NCBI GenBank assembly: GCA_043822245.1
Contig: JBDRBY010000081.1
Span: 10,773 to 74,772, forward strand
Origin: Candidatus Omnitrophota bacterium
GTDB lineage: Bacteria; Omnitrophota; Gorgyraeia; Tantalellales; Tantalellaceae
DNA: 64,000 bases
Reading direction: 5' to 3'
Below, piece by piece: positions 9,456 to 18,220 of this stretch; within the stretch, counting starts at the first letter, position 1, and each line of letters starts with the position of its first letter. Made by a program: the position numbers and the translations under genes. Under the pieces are notes generated by a model, which searched no databases, had not been told where the DNA came from, and was given only the letters and a program-made list of their open reading frames with translations.

Positions 9456-11287
9456 AGAAGATAACTGTAGTATTTTTTCTGTCCGTTTTTTTTATGATTA
9501 CTCTTATGGGGATGACGTTTTTCTATATCGATTTGAGCGGACATAAAGGGTATAGCTATGATGTAGTGGACAACAAAGACAAAGTTTTAGGAACAGTTAA
9601 GGTGGACAGATATGTCACAGAGGATAAGATAATTTTTAAAAGTAAAGGGGCGTTTCCTTGTTTTTTAAATTATTCTAAAGTAACGGAAAGGATGTTTTTA
9701 AAAAAGAAAGACGCGTCATTTCTCAAATTTGTTAGAGAAACATACGATGAAAAATGGCAAAAGCGATTAGTTATGATTACTCAAGAAAAGGGAGAAGCCG
9801 ATTCTTTATTTTTGGAGCACCCGAGGTTCGTTAATCTGGAAAATGTTAAAATAGGGTATAAAACTATAGTTTTTTCTCCAGATGACATTATGTTATATAA
9901 AGCTTTGCTGGAGAGGTATAATTTTTGGAAAAAAGGCGCGCAGTTTTTTAAAGTTTATATCCCGATAGAGGAAATGATTCCTCCTCTAATCGATAAGATA
10001 ACAGTCAGGTTTCTCCAGGATGAATATATTCCCGTAATGGGTCGCAGGGTTGAAACGGAAAGTTACATAATCAGCTCAAAGATACTGCCAAAGGCGAAAG
10101 TATTTTTGTCAAAATATAATCACGAAATTTTGGCTTTAGAAATAAAAAAATTAGGACTGAGATTTACCCTTACAAATTGTATAAAAAATCCCGTTAATCG
10201 GATAAAAGCTATGGTAAGACAATTAACCTTCTGGTCAGATTGTGTACAGAAAATATTTCAACCGAAGACTTCCGTTGTAGAGGCAAATGTTGCAAATGAG
10301 TCTGAGGAAAAGAAGAAAAACGCGAGTGGTAGTGGAATCGGGGAAATCGCTCAGGAAGTAAAGACGCCGGAAGAAGTGTTTTTTGAAAGTGACGGCCAAA
10401 TATTGGCAGGCCGTCTGCTGCGTCCTCACGGGGGAGTGGTTTGTAATGCCGTTTTAATTGTTCCAAAAGACGGACCGATGTCAAAAGCGGAACGTTTTTT
10501 TGTTGATTCTTTAGCGGAAAAATTATCGCAACAAGGTTTCGTTGTTATGGCTTATGATAGCCAGGGATGCGGCAAGAGTCAGGGATTTTTTACGGATCTG
10601 GATGATAAAAAGAGAACACAAAACATTATTTCCGCTGTCGCGTATTTAAAGACTTGTCCATATGTTAATAAGCTTTCCATTAATATTATCGGGCACGAAG
10701 GAGGGGGCGTTATCGCGTTAAAAGCGGCTACTAATTTAGATTCTGTCGTAGGGTGTGTCATGTTGGCGGTGCCTCCGGGGTTGATAAAATCCAGTTTATT
10801 TCCAAATGCGTTAAAAGAACATATTCAGGTGGTGCTCAATACCAGGGGATTTGAGTCTTTTAATGAAGAAGACATTAACAATTTAACGGAAACAGCAAGA
10901 GCCCACTTTGCGAAGGTAGTTCAAAATAATGAAAATTTTTGTTTTTTTGAAGGAATAAAGATTCCAATGAAGGAATATAGAGAATTTCTTTTACGCGATT
11001 CCGCTGAAACAATACTTTCCTTTAACAAACCACTTTTGGCGGTTTTTGGAAGAGATGACAAATATTTTAATCTCCAAGTAGTTGATGGGATTAAAGAAAA
11101 GTTTGCTAAAAATGAATGCAAGAGAAAAGTAACGGTGTTTAAGAGACTTGAAGATTACGTGGAGAATAATGCCTATTTAACAAATGTCAGGGGATATGGT
11201 TTTGGCAGAACATTTCTGAATGAAGAGGTATTCACGTGTATCGCGAAGTGGCTTAAAGAGAACAACCGGCAGTATGACGGGATATAG
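9452..11287 (+). CDS. Exported protein with a C-terminal alpha/beta-hydrolase fold, probably catalytically altered
   Basis: 'GFVVMAYDSQGCGKSQG'; nucleophile elbow reads 'IIGHEGGG'; 'PLLAVFGRDD'. Confidence 0.7.
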   Translation: MKKITVVFFLSVFFMITLMGMTFFYIDLSGHKGYSYDVVDNKDKVLGTVKVDRYVTEDKIIFKSKGAFPCFLNYSKVTERMFLKKKDASFLKFVRETYDEKWQKRLVMITQEKGEADSLFLEHPRFVNLENVKIGYKTIVFSPDDIMLYKALLERYNFWKKGAQFFKVYIPIEEMIPPLIDKITVRFLQDEYIPVMGRRVETESYIISSKILPKAKVFLSKYNHEILALEIKKLGLRFTLTNCIKNPVNRIKAMVRQLTFWSDCVQKIFQPKTSVVEANVANESEEKKKNASGSGIGEIAQEVKTPEEVFFESDGQILAGRLLRPHGGVVCNAVLIVPKDGPMSKAERFFVDSLAEKLSQQGFVVMAYDSQGCGKSQGFFTDLDDKKRTQNIISAVAYLKTCPYVNKLSINIIGHEGGGVIALKAATNLDSVVGCVMLAVPPGLIKSSLFPNALKEHIQVVLNTRGFESFNEEDINNLTETARAHFAKVVQNNENFCFFEGIKIPMKEYREFLLRDSAETILSFNKPLLAVFGRDDKYFNLQVVDGIKEKFAKNECKRKVTVFKRLEDYVENNAYLTNVRGYGFGRTFLNEEVFTCIAKWLKENNRQYDGI

Positions 11288-11373
11288 ACATTTTCAAAAG
11301 CCTGGGTTTAAACCGAGGCTGTGTTCGAGAGAGAAAGTGCCATAAATTGTTACGCTGGTGATGCTTAATGTAT

Positions 11374-11402
11374 TTGACGTATTTGGCGTGATGTGTTATA
11401 CT
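11374..11402 (+). promoter_or_regulatory. Sigma70-type promoter
   Basis: TTGACG-17 nt-TATACT with an extended -10 TG. Confidence 0.65.
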
Positions 11403-11418
11403 TTTGCGCGGTAGAAAA

Positions 11419-11787
11419 ATGAAGCTGAAATTACCTGAAAGAAGGCGTTTTGTCAGGATAGACGTTCCTTTAAGGATAGTCGTTAAGGGTAATGGCTATA
11501 GTGAGGAAGTGCTTACTAAAAACATTTCTCCTCTGGGTTTTAATTTTGAGGCAAACCGAAAGTTTGAAGAGTCTGAAAGTCTGTCCATATTGTTGTACAT
11601 CCCGTCATTAGATGATCCTGTCTCTATTCTCGCGAAAGTTGTGTGGCAGAACAAAGTAAACCTGGAAGATAACGCGCCATATGATATGGGAGTGGAAATC
11701 GTTGAAATAGATGATACGAAAAAAGATGTTTTTTTGAAATATTTGTGCGATTTGTTATACGAATCAGTCTATGAAGAACGGGCATAA
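11419..11787 (+). CDS. PilZ-domain protein
   Basis: 'ERRRFVR' and 'NISPLG'. Confidence 0.85.
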   Translation: MKLKLPERRRFVRIDVPLRIVVKGNGYSEEVLTKNISPLGFNFEANRKFEESESLSILLYIPSLDDPVSILAKVVWQNKVNLEDNAPYDMGVEIVEIDDTKKDVFLKYLCDLLYESVYEERA

Positions 11788-11826
11788 CCGTATTATTAGG
11801 TGAAAAACAACAGGAAAGGGTAGAGA

Positions 11827-12618
11827 ATGGCACAGAAAGCGTTAAATGACATTGTAATCTCGAAAGCTATAATCGAAACATTTTCAAAGAAACTGATTAA
11901 ATGCCTTAAAATAGATGTTGCTATCGTTGGTGCCGGGCCCGCGGGGCTCACTGCCGGCTACTATTTAGCCAAATCTGGAATAAAAGTTTCCCTATTTGAA
12001 CGAAAACTCAGTATCGGGGGCGGGATGTGGGGAGGCGGCATTATGTTTAATCAAATTGTCGTTCAAAGTGCGGCGAGAGACATCTTGGAAGAATTTGGAA
12101 TTCCTTCAGAATTGTACCAAAAAGACTATTATACGGCGGACTCAGTGCAGGCTGTTTCCACGCTTTGTTCAAAGGCGTCATTAGCGGGAGTTAAGATTTT
12201 TAATCTTATGGAGGTTGAGGACCTTTTGATCAAAAATAACAAAGTGAAAGGCCTGGTTATAAACTGGTCGGCAGTTGGTTTAGCCAAACTGCATGTGGAT
12301 CCTATCAGCATTGAAACTAAATTTGTGATAGATGCCACAGGCCATCCGTGTGAAATTTCACGTTTACTTGAAACTAAGTCCAAAAAGAAATTATCCACAG
12401 AGACAGGCGGTGTTGTGGGTGAAGAGTCAATGTGGGCTGATGTGGGAGAAAGAGCGATGCATATGAACACAAGGGAAATTTTTCCCAACGTGTATGTCGC
12501 GGGTATGGCCGCGAACGCGGTTTTTGGCAGTCCTCGAATGGGCCCCATTTTTGGAGGGATGCTCATATCCGGAAAAAGAGTGGCGGAGTTGGTAAAACAG
12601 AAGATCGTTGGCCGTTAG
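11827..12618 (+). CDS. thi4: Sulfide-dependent adenosine diphosphate thiazole synthase (Thi4)
   Basis: 'GAGPAGL', 'GGGMWGGG', 'LHVDP', 'DATGH', 'RMGPIFGGM'. Confidence 0.93.
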   Translation: MAQKALNDIVISKAIIETFSKKLIKCLKIDVAIVGAGPAGLTAGYYLAKSGIKVSLFERKLSIGGGMWGGGIMFNQIVVQSAARDILEEFGIPSELYQKDYYTADSVQAVSTLCSKASLAGVKIFNLMEVEDLLIKNNKVKGLVINWSAVGLAKLHVDPISIETKFVIDATGHPCEISRLLETKSKKKLSTETGGVVGEESMWADVGERAMHMNTREIFPNVYVAGMAANAVFGSPRMGPIFGGMLISGKRVAELVKQKIVGR

Positions 12619-12676
12619 TCCGTTAACGGTCAGCAAGCTAACGATCAACGGCCTAACGATCAACGGTCAACGATCT
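12617..12676. repeat. Degenerate heptamer tandem repeat (AACG(G/A)TC-like)
   Basis: aacggtc...aacgatc aacggcct aacgatc aacggtc aacgatc. Confidence 0.7.
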
Positions 12677-12696
12677 AGAATTTGAAAAGGAGAAAT

Positions 12697-13050
12697 ATGT
12701 TAAGGACATTGTGTAAATCAAAAATAACTAAAGCGTATGTTACAAATAAGCAGTTACAGTACGATGGCAGCATAGGAATCGATAAAGCGATAATGGACAC
12801 GGTTGATATCATGCCGGGCGAACAAGTCCAGGTGCTTAACGTTGACAATGGAGAGAGGATTACCACATACGCGATAGAAGAAAAACAGGATTCAGGAAAG
12901 ATTGTGCTGTATGGCCCCGCGGCTAGAAAAGGCGAAGCCGGAGACCAGTTGGTAATACTGGCCTATTGCTTATTGGAAACAAAAGAAAGCCATAATTTTA
13001 AGATCCGTACAGTTAGTTTGGGAAAAAATAACCAATGCAAGAATAAATAA
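12697..13050 (+). CDS. panD: Aspartate 1-decarboxylase
   Basis: 'MLRTLCKSKI', G|S self-cleavage site 'YDGSI', 'NGERITTYAI', 'GPAAR'. Confidence 0.92.
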   Translation: MLRTLCKSKITKAYVTNKQLQYDGSIGIDKAIMDTVDIMPGEQVQVLNVDNGERITTYAIEEKQDSGKIVLYGPAARKGEAGDQLVILAYCLLETKESHNFKIRTVSLGKNNQCKNK

Positions 13051-13598
13051 TGAAACGTTTAGAGGTAAAACTATATCCGGACCCTTGTTTGAGAATAAAG
13101 ACTAAAACTGTTGAAAGTTTTACGGAAGAAATAGAAGAAACTTTGCGCGTAATGGCGGATATTATGTACGAAAGGCAGGGAATTGGCCTCGCGGCTACTC
13201 AGGTTGGGCTTGGATTGAGCATGATGGTTATTGATACGGGAAGTGGCTTAAGGGCGTGCGTGAATCCTGAAATTCTTGAAAAATCAAAAGAATGTTCTCA
13301 GACGGAAGAGGGCTGTCTTAGTTTTCCAGGGCTAACTGTCAATATAGCAAGGCCGGAAAAAATAAAAATACGAGCTAAGAATGAAAAAGGTGAATTGTTT
13401 ATTCAAAAGATGGAGGGGTTGGATGCCAGGGCTTTTCAGCATGAATTGGATCATCTTCAGGCGAAATTAATCATAGATTACCTGGACCCCGTAAGACGTT
13501 GTATAGCTGTGCTTAGGCGAGGACGGATAAAAAAAATATGTGAGGTTGTGTGTAATGTTGGAAAAAACCATACAAGACGAAGTAATAAAAGCTCTTAA
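13050..13598 (+). CDS. def: Peptide deformylase
   Basis: 'GIGLAATQVG', 'EGCLS', 'QHELDHL'. Confidence 0.95.
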   Translation: MKRLEVKLYPDPCLRIKTKTVESFTEEIEETLRVMADIMYERQGIGLAATQVGLGLSMMVIDTGSGLRACVNPEILEKSKECSQTEEGCLSFPGLTVNIARPEKIKIRAKNEKGELFIQKMEGLDARAFQHELDHLQAKLIIDYLDPVRRCIAVLRRGRIKKICEVVCNVGKNHTRRSNKSS

Positions 13599-14010
13599 AG
13601 GCGGAGATAAAACCAGGCTGTCGATTCTCAGGATGCTTGTTGCCGAAATCAAAAATAAAAAAATCGCTGATAAGACAAAAGATTTGGACGATGAAAAGGT
13701 TTTGAGCCTTGTACAAAAAATGATTCGTCAACATAAAGAATCCATTGAAAAGTTCGCGCAAGGCAAGCGTGATGACTTAGTACGCAAAGAAGAAGAAGAG
13801 TTAAAGATACTTGAAGAATATCTGCCGGAACAAATTTCTGAAGAAGAGCTGATAAAGATAGTTAATGAAGCTGTAAAACAGGCGGGTGCTGTTTCCCCAA
13901 AGGATATGGGCAGGGTAATGGCCATAGTTATGGCGCGCGTGGGAGGCCGTGCCGACGGCAGGCTTATCAGCCAGAAGGTTAAGGAGAGTTTGTCGTCCCG
14001 CGCGGAGTAA
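13555..14010 (+). CDS. GatB/YqeY domain protein
   Basis: 'RLSILRM', 'YLPEQISEEE', 'DMGRVM', 'GRADG'. Confidence 0.92.
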   Translation: MLEKTIQDEVIKALKGGDKTRLSILRMLVAEIKNKKIADKTKDLDDEKVLSLVQKMIRQHKESIEKFAQGKRDDLVRKEEEELKILEEYLPEQISEEELIKIVNEAVKQAGAVSPKDMGRVMAIVMARVGGRADGRLISQKVKESLSSRAE

Positions 14011-14021
14011 ACAATCATTAG

Positions 14022-15239
14022 GTGGATATATATTTTTTCATATTATTACTAGCCGCGTCCGCGTTTTTTTCTAGTTCGGAGACTGCCTTTTTGTCTCTGG
14101 ATAAGATCAGGCTCAGGCAGTTTGAAGCGATTAATCATCCGTCCGGTAAGAGGGTAGTAAAACTCTTGTTGGACCCCCATAAGCTTCTAATCACAATCCT
14201 CATAGGCAATACATTGGTAAACATCGCCGCTAGCGCTGTTTTAGCGGATTTTTTCTACAGTATCATGGGGGAGAAGGGTATTGCTGTTTCCATCGCGGCA
14301 ATGACTGTGATGATTCTTATTTTTGGCGAGGTTACGCCTAAAATGTTCGCGTTGTCAAATAAAGAGACGGTTTCTATTTTCGCGGCATTGCCTTTGAAGG
14401 TCTTAGGGTGGTTGTTTACACCTTTCCGCCTAGTTTTGGACTATATAGCGCGTTCTATCATAAATGGGTTCGGGCTTAGGTTAACGTCCGAGAGTGAAAA
14501 AATGACGAAACAGGAAATACGGTCTTTGTTTTCGGTTAGCAAAAAAAAGGGAGTAGTTAAAGCTAAAGAAAAAGATATGATAGAAGGCATCTTAGAATTT
14601 AAGGACTCAAACGCGGCGGATATTATGACCCCACGAATAGGTATATCGGCGCTGGATCTTACAATGGAGAGGTGCGAACTAATCAAAGAAGTAAAAGAAA
14701 ACCAATTTTCCAGATATCCCGTGTATGTGCATACTCTTGATAATATTGTCGGGATAGTACATTCCAAAGATTTATTGCTAGACAAAAATCTTTCTGTCAG
14801 AGACATTGTGAAAAAACCTTTTTTTGCTCCGGAAAGCATGAAAATTGACGGCCTTCTTCAAGAACTCCAAAAAAAACGCCTGCATATGGCAATAATCACG
14901 GATGAATATGGTGTTACTTCAGGGATAGTAACTGTTGAGGATATCTTGGAGGAAGTAGTGGGAGAGATAAAAGACGAGTTTGATTTTGAACTGCCAAAAG
15001 TACGCAAGATTGACCGAAAAAGATATGAGGTTAGCGGACAGGCTCATATTGATGAAGTAAACGAAAAAATTGGGTTATCCATTGAAACGGAAGAAGTCGA
15101 TACTATCGGGGGATATGTTACTTTAAAAATAGGAAAAATTCCTCGCTCGGGAGACATGATTAAAGTAGGAAAGTTCAGTATAATCGTTAATGATGTTTCC
15201 AAAAATAGAATAACAAGCGTGACGGTGAGCAGGGAATAG
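14022..15239 (+). CDS. CNNM/HlyC-CorC family transporter (DUF21-CBS-CorC)
   Basis: 'FFSSSETAF', 'FGEVTPK', 'IMTPR', 'DEYG..GIVTVEDILEE'. Confidence 0.92.
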   Translation: MDIYFFILLLAASAFFSSSETAFLSLDKIRLRQFEAINHPSGKRVVKLLLDPHKLLITILIGNTLVNIAASAVLADFFYSIMGEKGIAVSIAAMTVMILIFGEVTPKMFALSNKETVSIFAALPLKVLGWLFTPFRLVLDYIARSIINGFGLRLTSESEKMTKQEIRSLFSVSKKKGVVKAKEKDMIEGILEFKDSNAADIMTPRIGISALDLTMERCELIKEVKENQFSRYPVYVHTLDNIVGIVHSKDLLLDKNLSVRDIVKKPFFAPESMKIDGLLQELQKKRLHMAIITDEYGVTSGIVTVEDILEEVVGEIKDEFDFELPKVRKIDRKRYEVSGQAHIDEVNEKIGLSIETEEVDTIGGYVTLKIGKIPRSGDMIKVGKFSIIVNDVSKNRITSVTVSRE

Positions 15240-15271
15240 GTAGTGAATAGTGGGGTAGAGGGAGATTAGCT

Positions 15272-16261
15272 ATGGTAACAATTTATGCGATTTTGATTTT
15301 CGCGGCAATACTGATGCAGGCTTTTTTTACGGCTTCAGAAATGGCCTTTACAACGGTAAACAGGAATAAACTCAAAAGCCTTGTGGAATCGGGTGACCGG
15401 CGGGCGAATAAACTTTACAATTTTTTAAGGAAAGAAGGAGTTTATTTAGGGGTAACTCTTGTAGGTACCAATATGGCCGTGGTTATTTCTTCTATCTCGG
15501 CTACTCGCGTGTTTGGTGAATACTTTGGCCATAAAACCTCTCCGTTAATAACGATTCTTGTAATGGTGCCTTTAACTCTTATCTTGGCGGAAATCATTCC
15601 AAAAATGATAGCGCGGCAATTTTCTATGGGTTTGGCGCTCAACACAGTGGTGCCGGCAAGCAGTTTTTATCGGTTATTTTATCCTCTTATTTTCGTGGTT
15701 AGTTCCATAGCGCGATTTTTTCTTAAGCCTTTCGCGAAAAATAAATCTACGCGAGAGATAATGTTAACAAAAACTGACTTAAAGAAAGTATTGCTTCTAG
15801 GGTATAAAACCGGTGAAGTCGAAGAAGATGAGGTTGAACGTATTCATAAAATTTTGGATTTAGGAGCAAAAATAGTTGAAAAAATTATGGTACCTCTTTA
15901 TCGAGTGTCTTCGGTTAGCAGGATAGACACAATTAGTGATCTTAAAAAATTGGTTTCTCTTACCGGGTTTTCAAGAATCCCGGTATATAAAAACCACAAA
16001 AATAATATTTTGGGTATTGTCAATATATACGATATACTATTTTCTAGGGGAGCAGAGAATCAAGATTGGAAAGCGGGAGATTTTATGCGCGATGCGGTTT
16101 ATGTGAACAAAAAAGACAGGCTTGATATAGCACTCGCGCGCCTGCGCCACAAAAAACAGCCGATGGGGATAGTTGTGGAAGAAAAAAATATGGTTGTCGG
16201 CATAGTAACTATAGAAGATATTTTGGAAGAGATCGTCGGTGAAATTGGAGACGGAGACTAG
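15272..16261 (+). CDS. CNNM/HlyC-CorC family protein (DUF21-CBS, no CorC domain)
   Basis: 'FFTASEMAF', 'AEIIPK', 'FSRIPVY', 'TIEDILEEIVG'. Confidence 0.9.
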   Translation: MVTIYAILIFAAILMQAFFTASEMAFTTVNRNKLKSLVESGDRRANKLYNFLRKEGVYLGVTLVGTNMAVVISSISATRVFGEYFGHKTSPLITILVMVPLTLILAEIIPKMIARQFSMGLALNTVVPASSFYRLFYPLIFVVSSIARFFLKPFAKNKSTREIMLTKTDLKKVLLLGYKTGEVEEDEVERIHKILDLGAKIVEKIMVPLYRVSSVSRIDTISDLKKLVSLTGFSRIPVYKNHKNNILGIVNIYDILFSRGAENQDWKAGDFMRDAVYVNKKDRLDIALARLRHKKQPMGIVVEEKNMVVGIVTIEDILEEIVGEIGDGD

Positions 16262-16272
16262 GAAGGAGAAGA

Positions 16273-16947
16273 ATGGCTTTTATATTTGTTATCCCGGTTA
16301 TTGTGATCATTGTAATTTCCGCTCTTATTGTGAAAATCGCGTCAGTCGCGTTAAATCTCACGGGGCTTGACGAGAAAAGAGCTTTTTTCCAGGCTCTATC
16401 AGCTTTTACCGGTACCGGTTTTACCACAAAAGAGTCGGAAGTCGTTCTCGAGGATAATGTCCGCAGAAAAATAATTATGTTTCTCATGATCCTGGGAAAC
16501 GCTGGATTGGTTTCAGTAATTACTACTCTTATGCTGTCTTTTACCAGAGGCGGATTAACCCCGATTTTGCTTAATGTTACTTTTATCCTCTTAGCCATTT
16601 TATTGATTATAAAAGTTTCCTTCAATAAAACCATTACGAGGAACTTAACGAAAAAAATACAAGAGCGTCTAATAAAAAGCGCTTCATTTACTAAACGCCC
16701 GGTTGAAGAGATATTGAGGCTCGCGGAGGGGTATGGGATAGCCGAAGTAACGTTAAACGAAGACTGCAGTGATATAGGCAAAGCTCTTTCCAATTCATCT
16801 TTTAGAGAAAAAGATATACTGATTTTAGCGATAGAACGTTCAAGCGGAGTTATCCCCGCCCCGCACGCTTCTGACCGGCTTCTAGTAAACGATACGGTTA
16901 TTTGCTACGGGAAATTGAAAAACATAGAAAAGATACATATGCGATAA
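16273..16947 (+). CDS. Membrane protein with a TrkA-C (RCK_C) domain
   Basis: 'FQALSAFTGTGFTTKESE' pore-like segment; C-terminal 'ILAIER...DTVICYG'. Confidence 0.82.
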   Translation: MAFIFVIPVIVIIVISALIVKIASVALNLTGLDEKRAFFQALSAFTGTGFTTKESEVVLEDNVRRKIIMFLMILGNAGLVSVITTLMLSFTRGGLTPILLNVTFILLAILLIIKVSFNKTITRNLTKKIQERLIKSASFTKRPVEEILRLAEGYGIAEVTLNEDCSDIGKALSNSSFREKDILILAIERSSGVIPAPHASDRLLVNDTVICYGKLKNIEKIHMR

Positions 16948-16969
16948 AAAAGTTGAGGAGGGTGAAGAA

Positions 16970-17107
16970 ATGAGAAACCTTATGGGCATATTTTCTATTT
17001 TGATTATTGTCGTGTTTTTGGCAGGATGCGGCGAAACCATAAACGGTGTAGTTAAAGACGCCAAACGCGTCAGCGCCGGAGTCCAAAAAATTTTCATAAG
17101 AGACTAA
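16970..17107 (+). CDS. 45-aa entericidin-like small lipoprotein (absent from the ORF track)
   Basis: MRNLMGIFSILIIVVFLAGC-GETINGVVKDAKRVSAGVQKIFIRD*; LAGC lipobox; GAGGAGG RBS. Confidence 0.75.
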   Translation: MRNLMGIFSILIIVVFLAGCGETINGVVKDAKRVSAGVQKIFIRD

Positions 17108-17143
17108 CCTCCTGCCGCCAACATTCTTCGGTGTCCAATACCC

Positions 17144-17187
17144 CCTTTTCCAAAGTGGGGGAAAATTGTGGGCATTTAATTTTTAGA
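17144..17187. repeat. 44-bp repeat, perfect inverted copy of 37032..37075
   Basis: CCTTTTCCAAAGTGGGGGAAAATTGTGGGCATTTAATTTTTAGA, compared base by base. Confidence 0.85.
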
Positions 17188-17272
17188 TTTGGCATAAGAT
17201 ATCATCGTGGCAAATGGGTGACGTCCCTATTTATTCCTATTTATTCCAGGGTTTGTCAAATGAGGCAGATAT

Positions 17273-18121
17273 ATGCATAAAATAATCAGAAAAGAACAGC
17301 TTAACGCGGATATTTGTTTGGTAGAGATTGAAGCGCGGGATCTCGCGCTCGCGGCAAGAGCGGGCCAGTTTGTTATTTTGCGAATTGACGAAAAAGGTGA
17401 AAGATTTCCTCTTAAGCTATATTACTGGGATGCTGACAAGGGCACAATCACGGTGGTTGTTCAGGCGGTCGGAGTAAGCACAAAAAAACTTTGCGCGCTA
17501 AATGCGGGAGACTTTATTTGTGATATAGCCGGCCCGCTGGGGCATTCCGCACGGACGGAAAAAATAGGTAAAGTAATTTGCGTTGGCGGCGGTGTCGGTA
17601 CTGCTGAAATATATCCAATCGCGAAGGCCATGAAAAACCAAGGCAATGATGTTACCGTGATAATCGGCGCCAGAACAAAAGATTTAATTATTTGTGAAGA
17701 AGCGATCCGTGAGTTTTGTGATAAGGTTTATATCACCACTGATGACGGTTCGCGTGGAAAAAAAGGATTTGTTACGGATATTTTAAAAAGTCTTTTGGAG
17801 AAAGATTCTTACGATCAGATCTTTGCCGTGGGGCCGCTGATTATGATGAAAATGGTTTCTGAGATGACGCGTTCAAAGCCTGTTAAGACGCTGGTATCTT
17901 TGAATTCAATAATGGTAGATGGTACGGGTATGTGCGGAGGATGCAGGATATTATACGATAAAAAAGCAAAGTTTACTTGTGTTGACGGGCCGGAATTTGA
18001 CGGCCATCTTGTTGATTTTGAAGACCTGATGAGGCGGCAGGGGAGATATCAGGGTAAAGAGAAAATCGCGTTGGATGCCCATGAAGGAAAATGCCGGATT
18101 GGTTTGGATAAAAAAGGGTAG
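17273..18121 (+). CDS. nfnA: NADH-dependent ferredoxin:NADP oxidoreductase small subunit (NfnA/SudB-like)
   Basis: 'GQFVILR...GER', 'GGGVG', 'DGTGMCGGCR', 'CVDGPEFD'. Confidence 0.88.
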   Translation: MHKIIRKEQLNADICLVEIEARDLALAARAGQFVILRIDEKGERFPLKLYYWDADKGTITVVVQAVGVSTKKLCALNAGDFICDIAGPLGHSARTEKIGKVICVGGGVGTAEIYPIAKAMKNQGNDVTVIIGARTKDLIICEEAIREFCDKVYITTDDGSRGKKGFVTDILKSLLEKDSYDQIFAVGPLIMMKMVSEMTRSKPVKTLVSLNSIMVDGTGMCGGCRILYDKKAKFTCVDGPEFDGHLVDFEDLMRRQGRYQGKEKIALDAHEGKCRIGLDKKG

Positions 18122-18128
18122 AAGGTGA

Positions 18129-18215
18129 GATCCTCCGGTCAAGCCGGAGGATGACAGAGGTGTAGGAGGATGACAGAGGTGTAGGAGGATGACAGGGGTG
18201 TAGGAGGATGACAGG
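18129..18215. repeat. Palindrome end followed by a 19-bp tandem repeat (about 3.7 copies)
   Basis: GATCCTCCGGTCAAGCCGGAGGATGAC, then (GGAGGATGACAG(A/G)GGTGTA)n from 18146. Confidence 0.85.
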
Positions 18216-18220
18216 AGCGC

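Noticed and set aside
11288-11826. TPP riboswitch upstream of thi4
   Set aside because: No CUGAGA/AUACC-type TPP core was found.
16209-16793. Longer minus-strand ORFs (also 21827-22339, 30038-30538 and 51309-51905)
   Set aside because: They are antisense shadows of well-supported plus-strand genes and have no motifs or RBS.
18146-18215. Possible mini CRISPR array
   Set aside because: The 19-bp units are contiguous with no unique spacers, and no cas genes are present.
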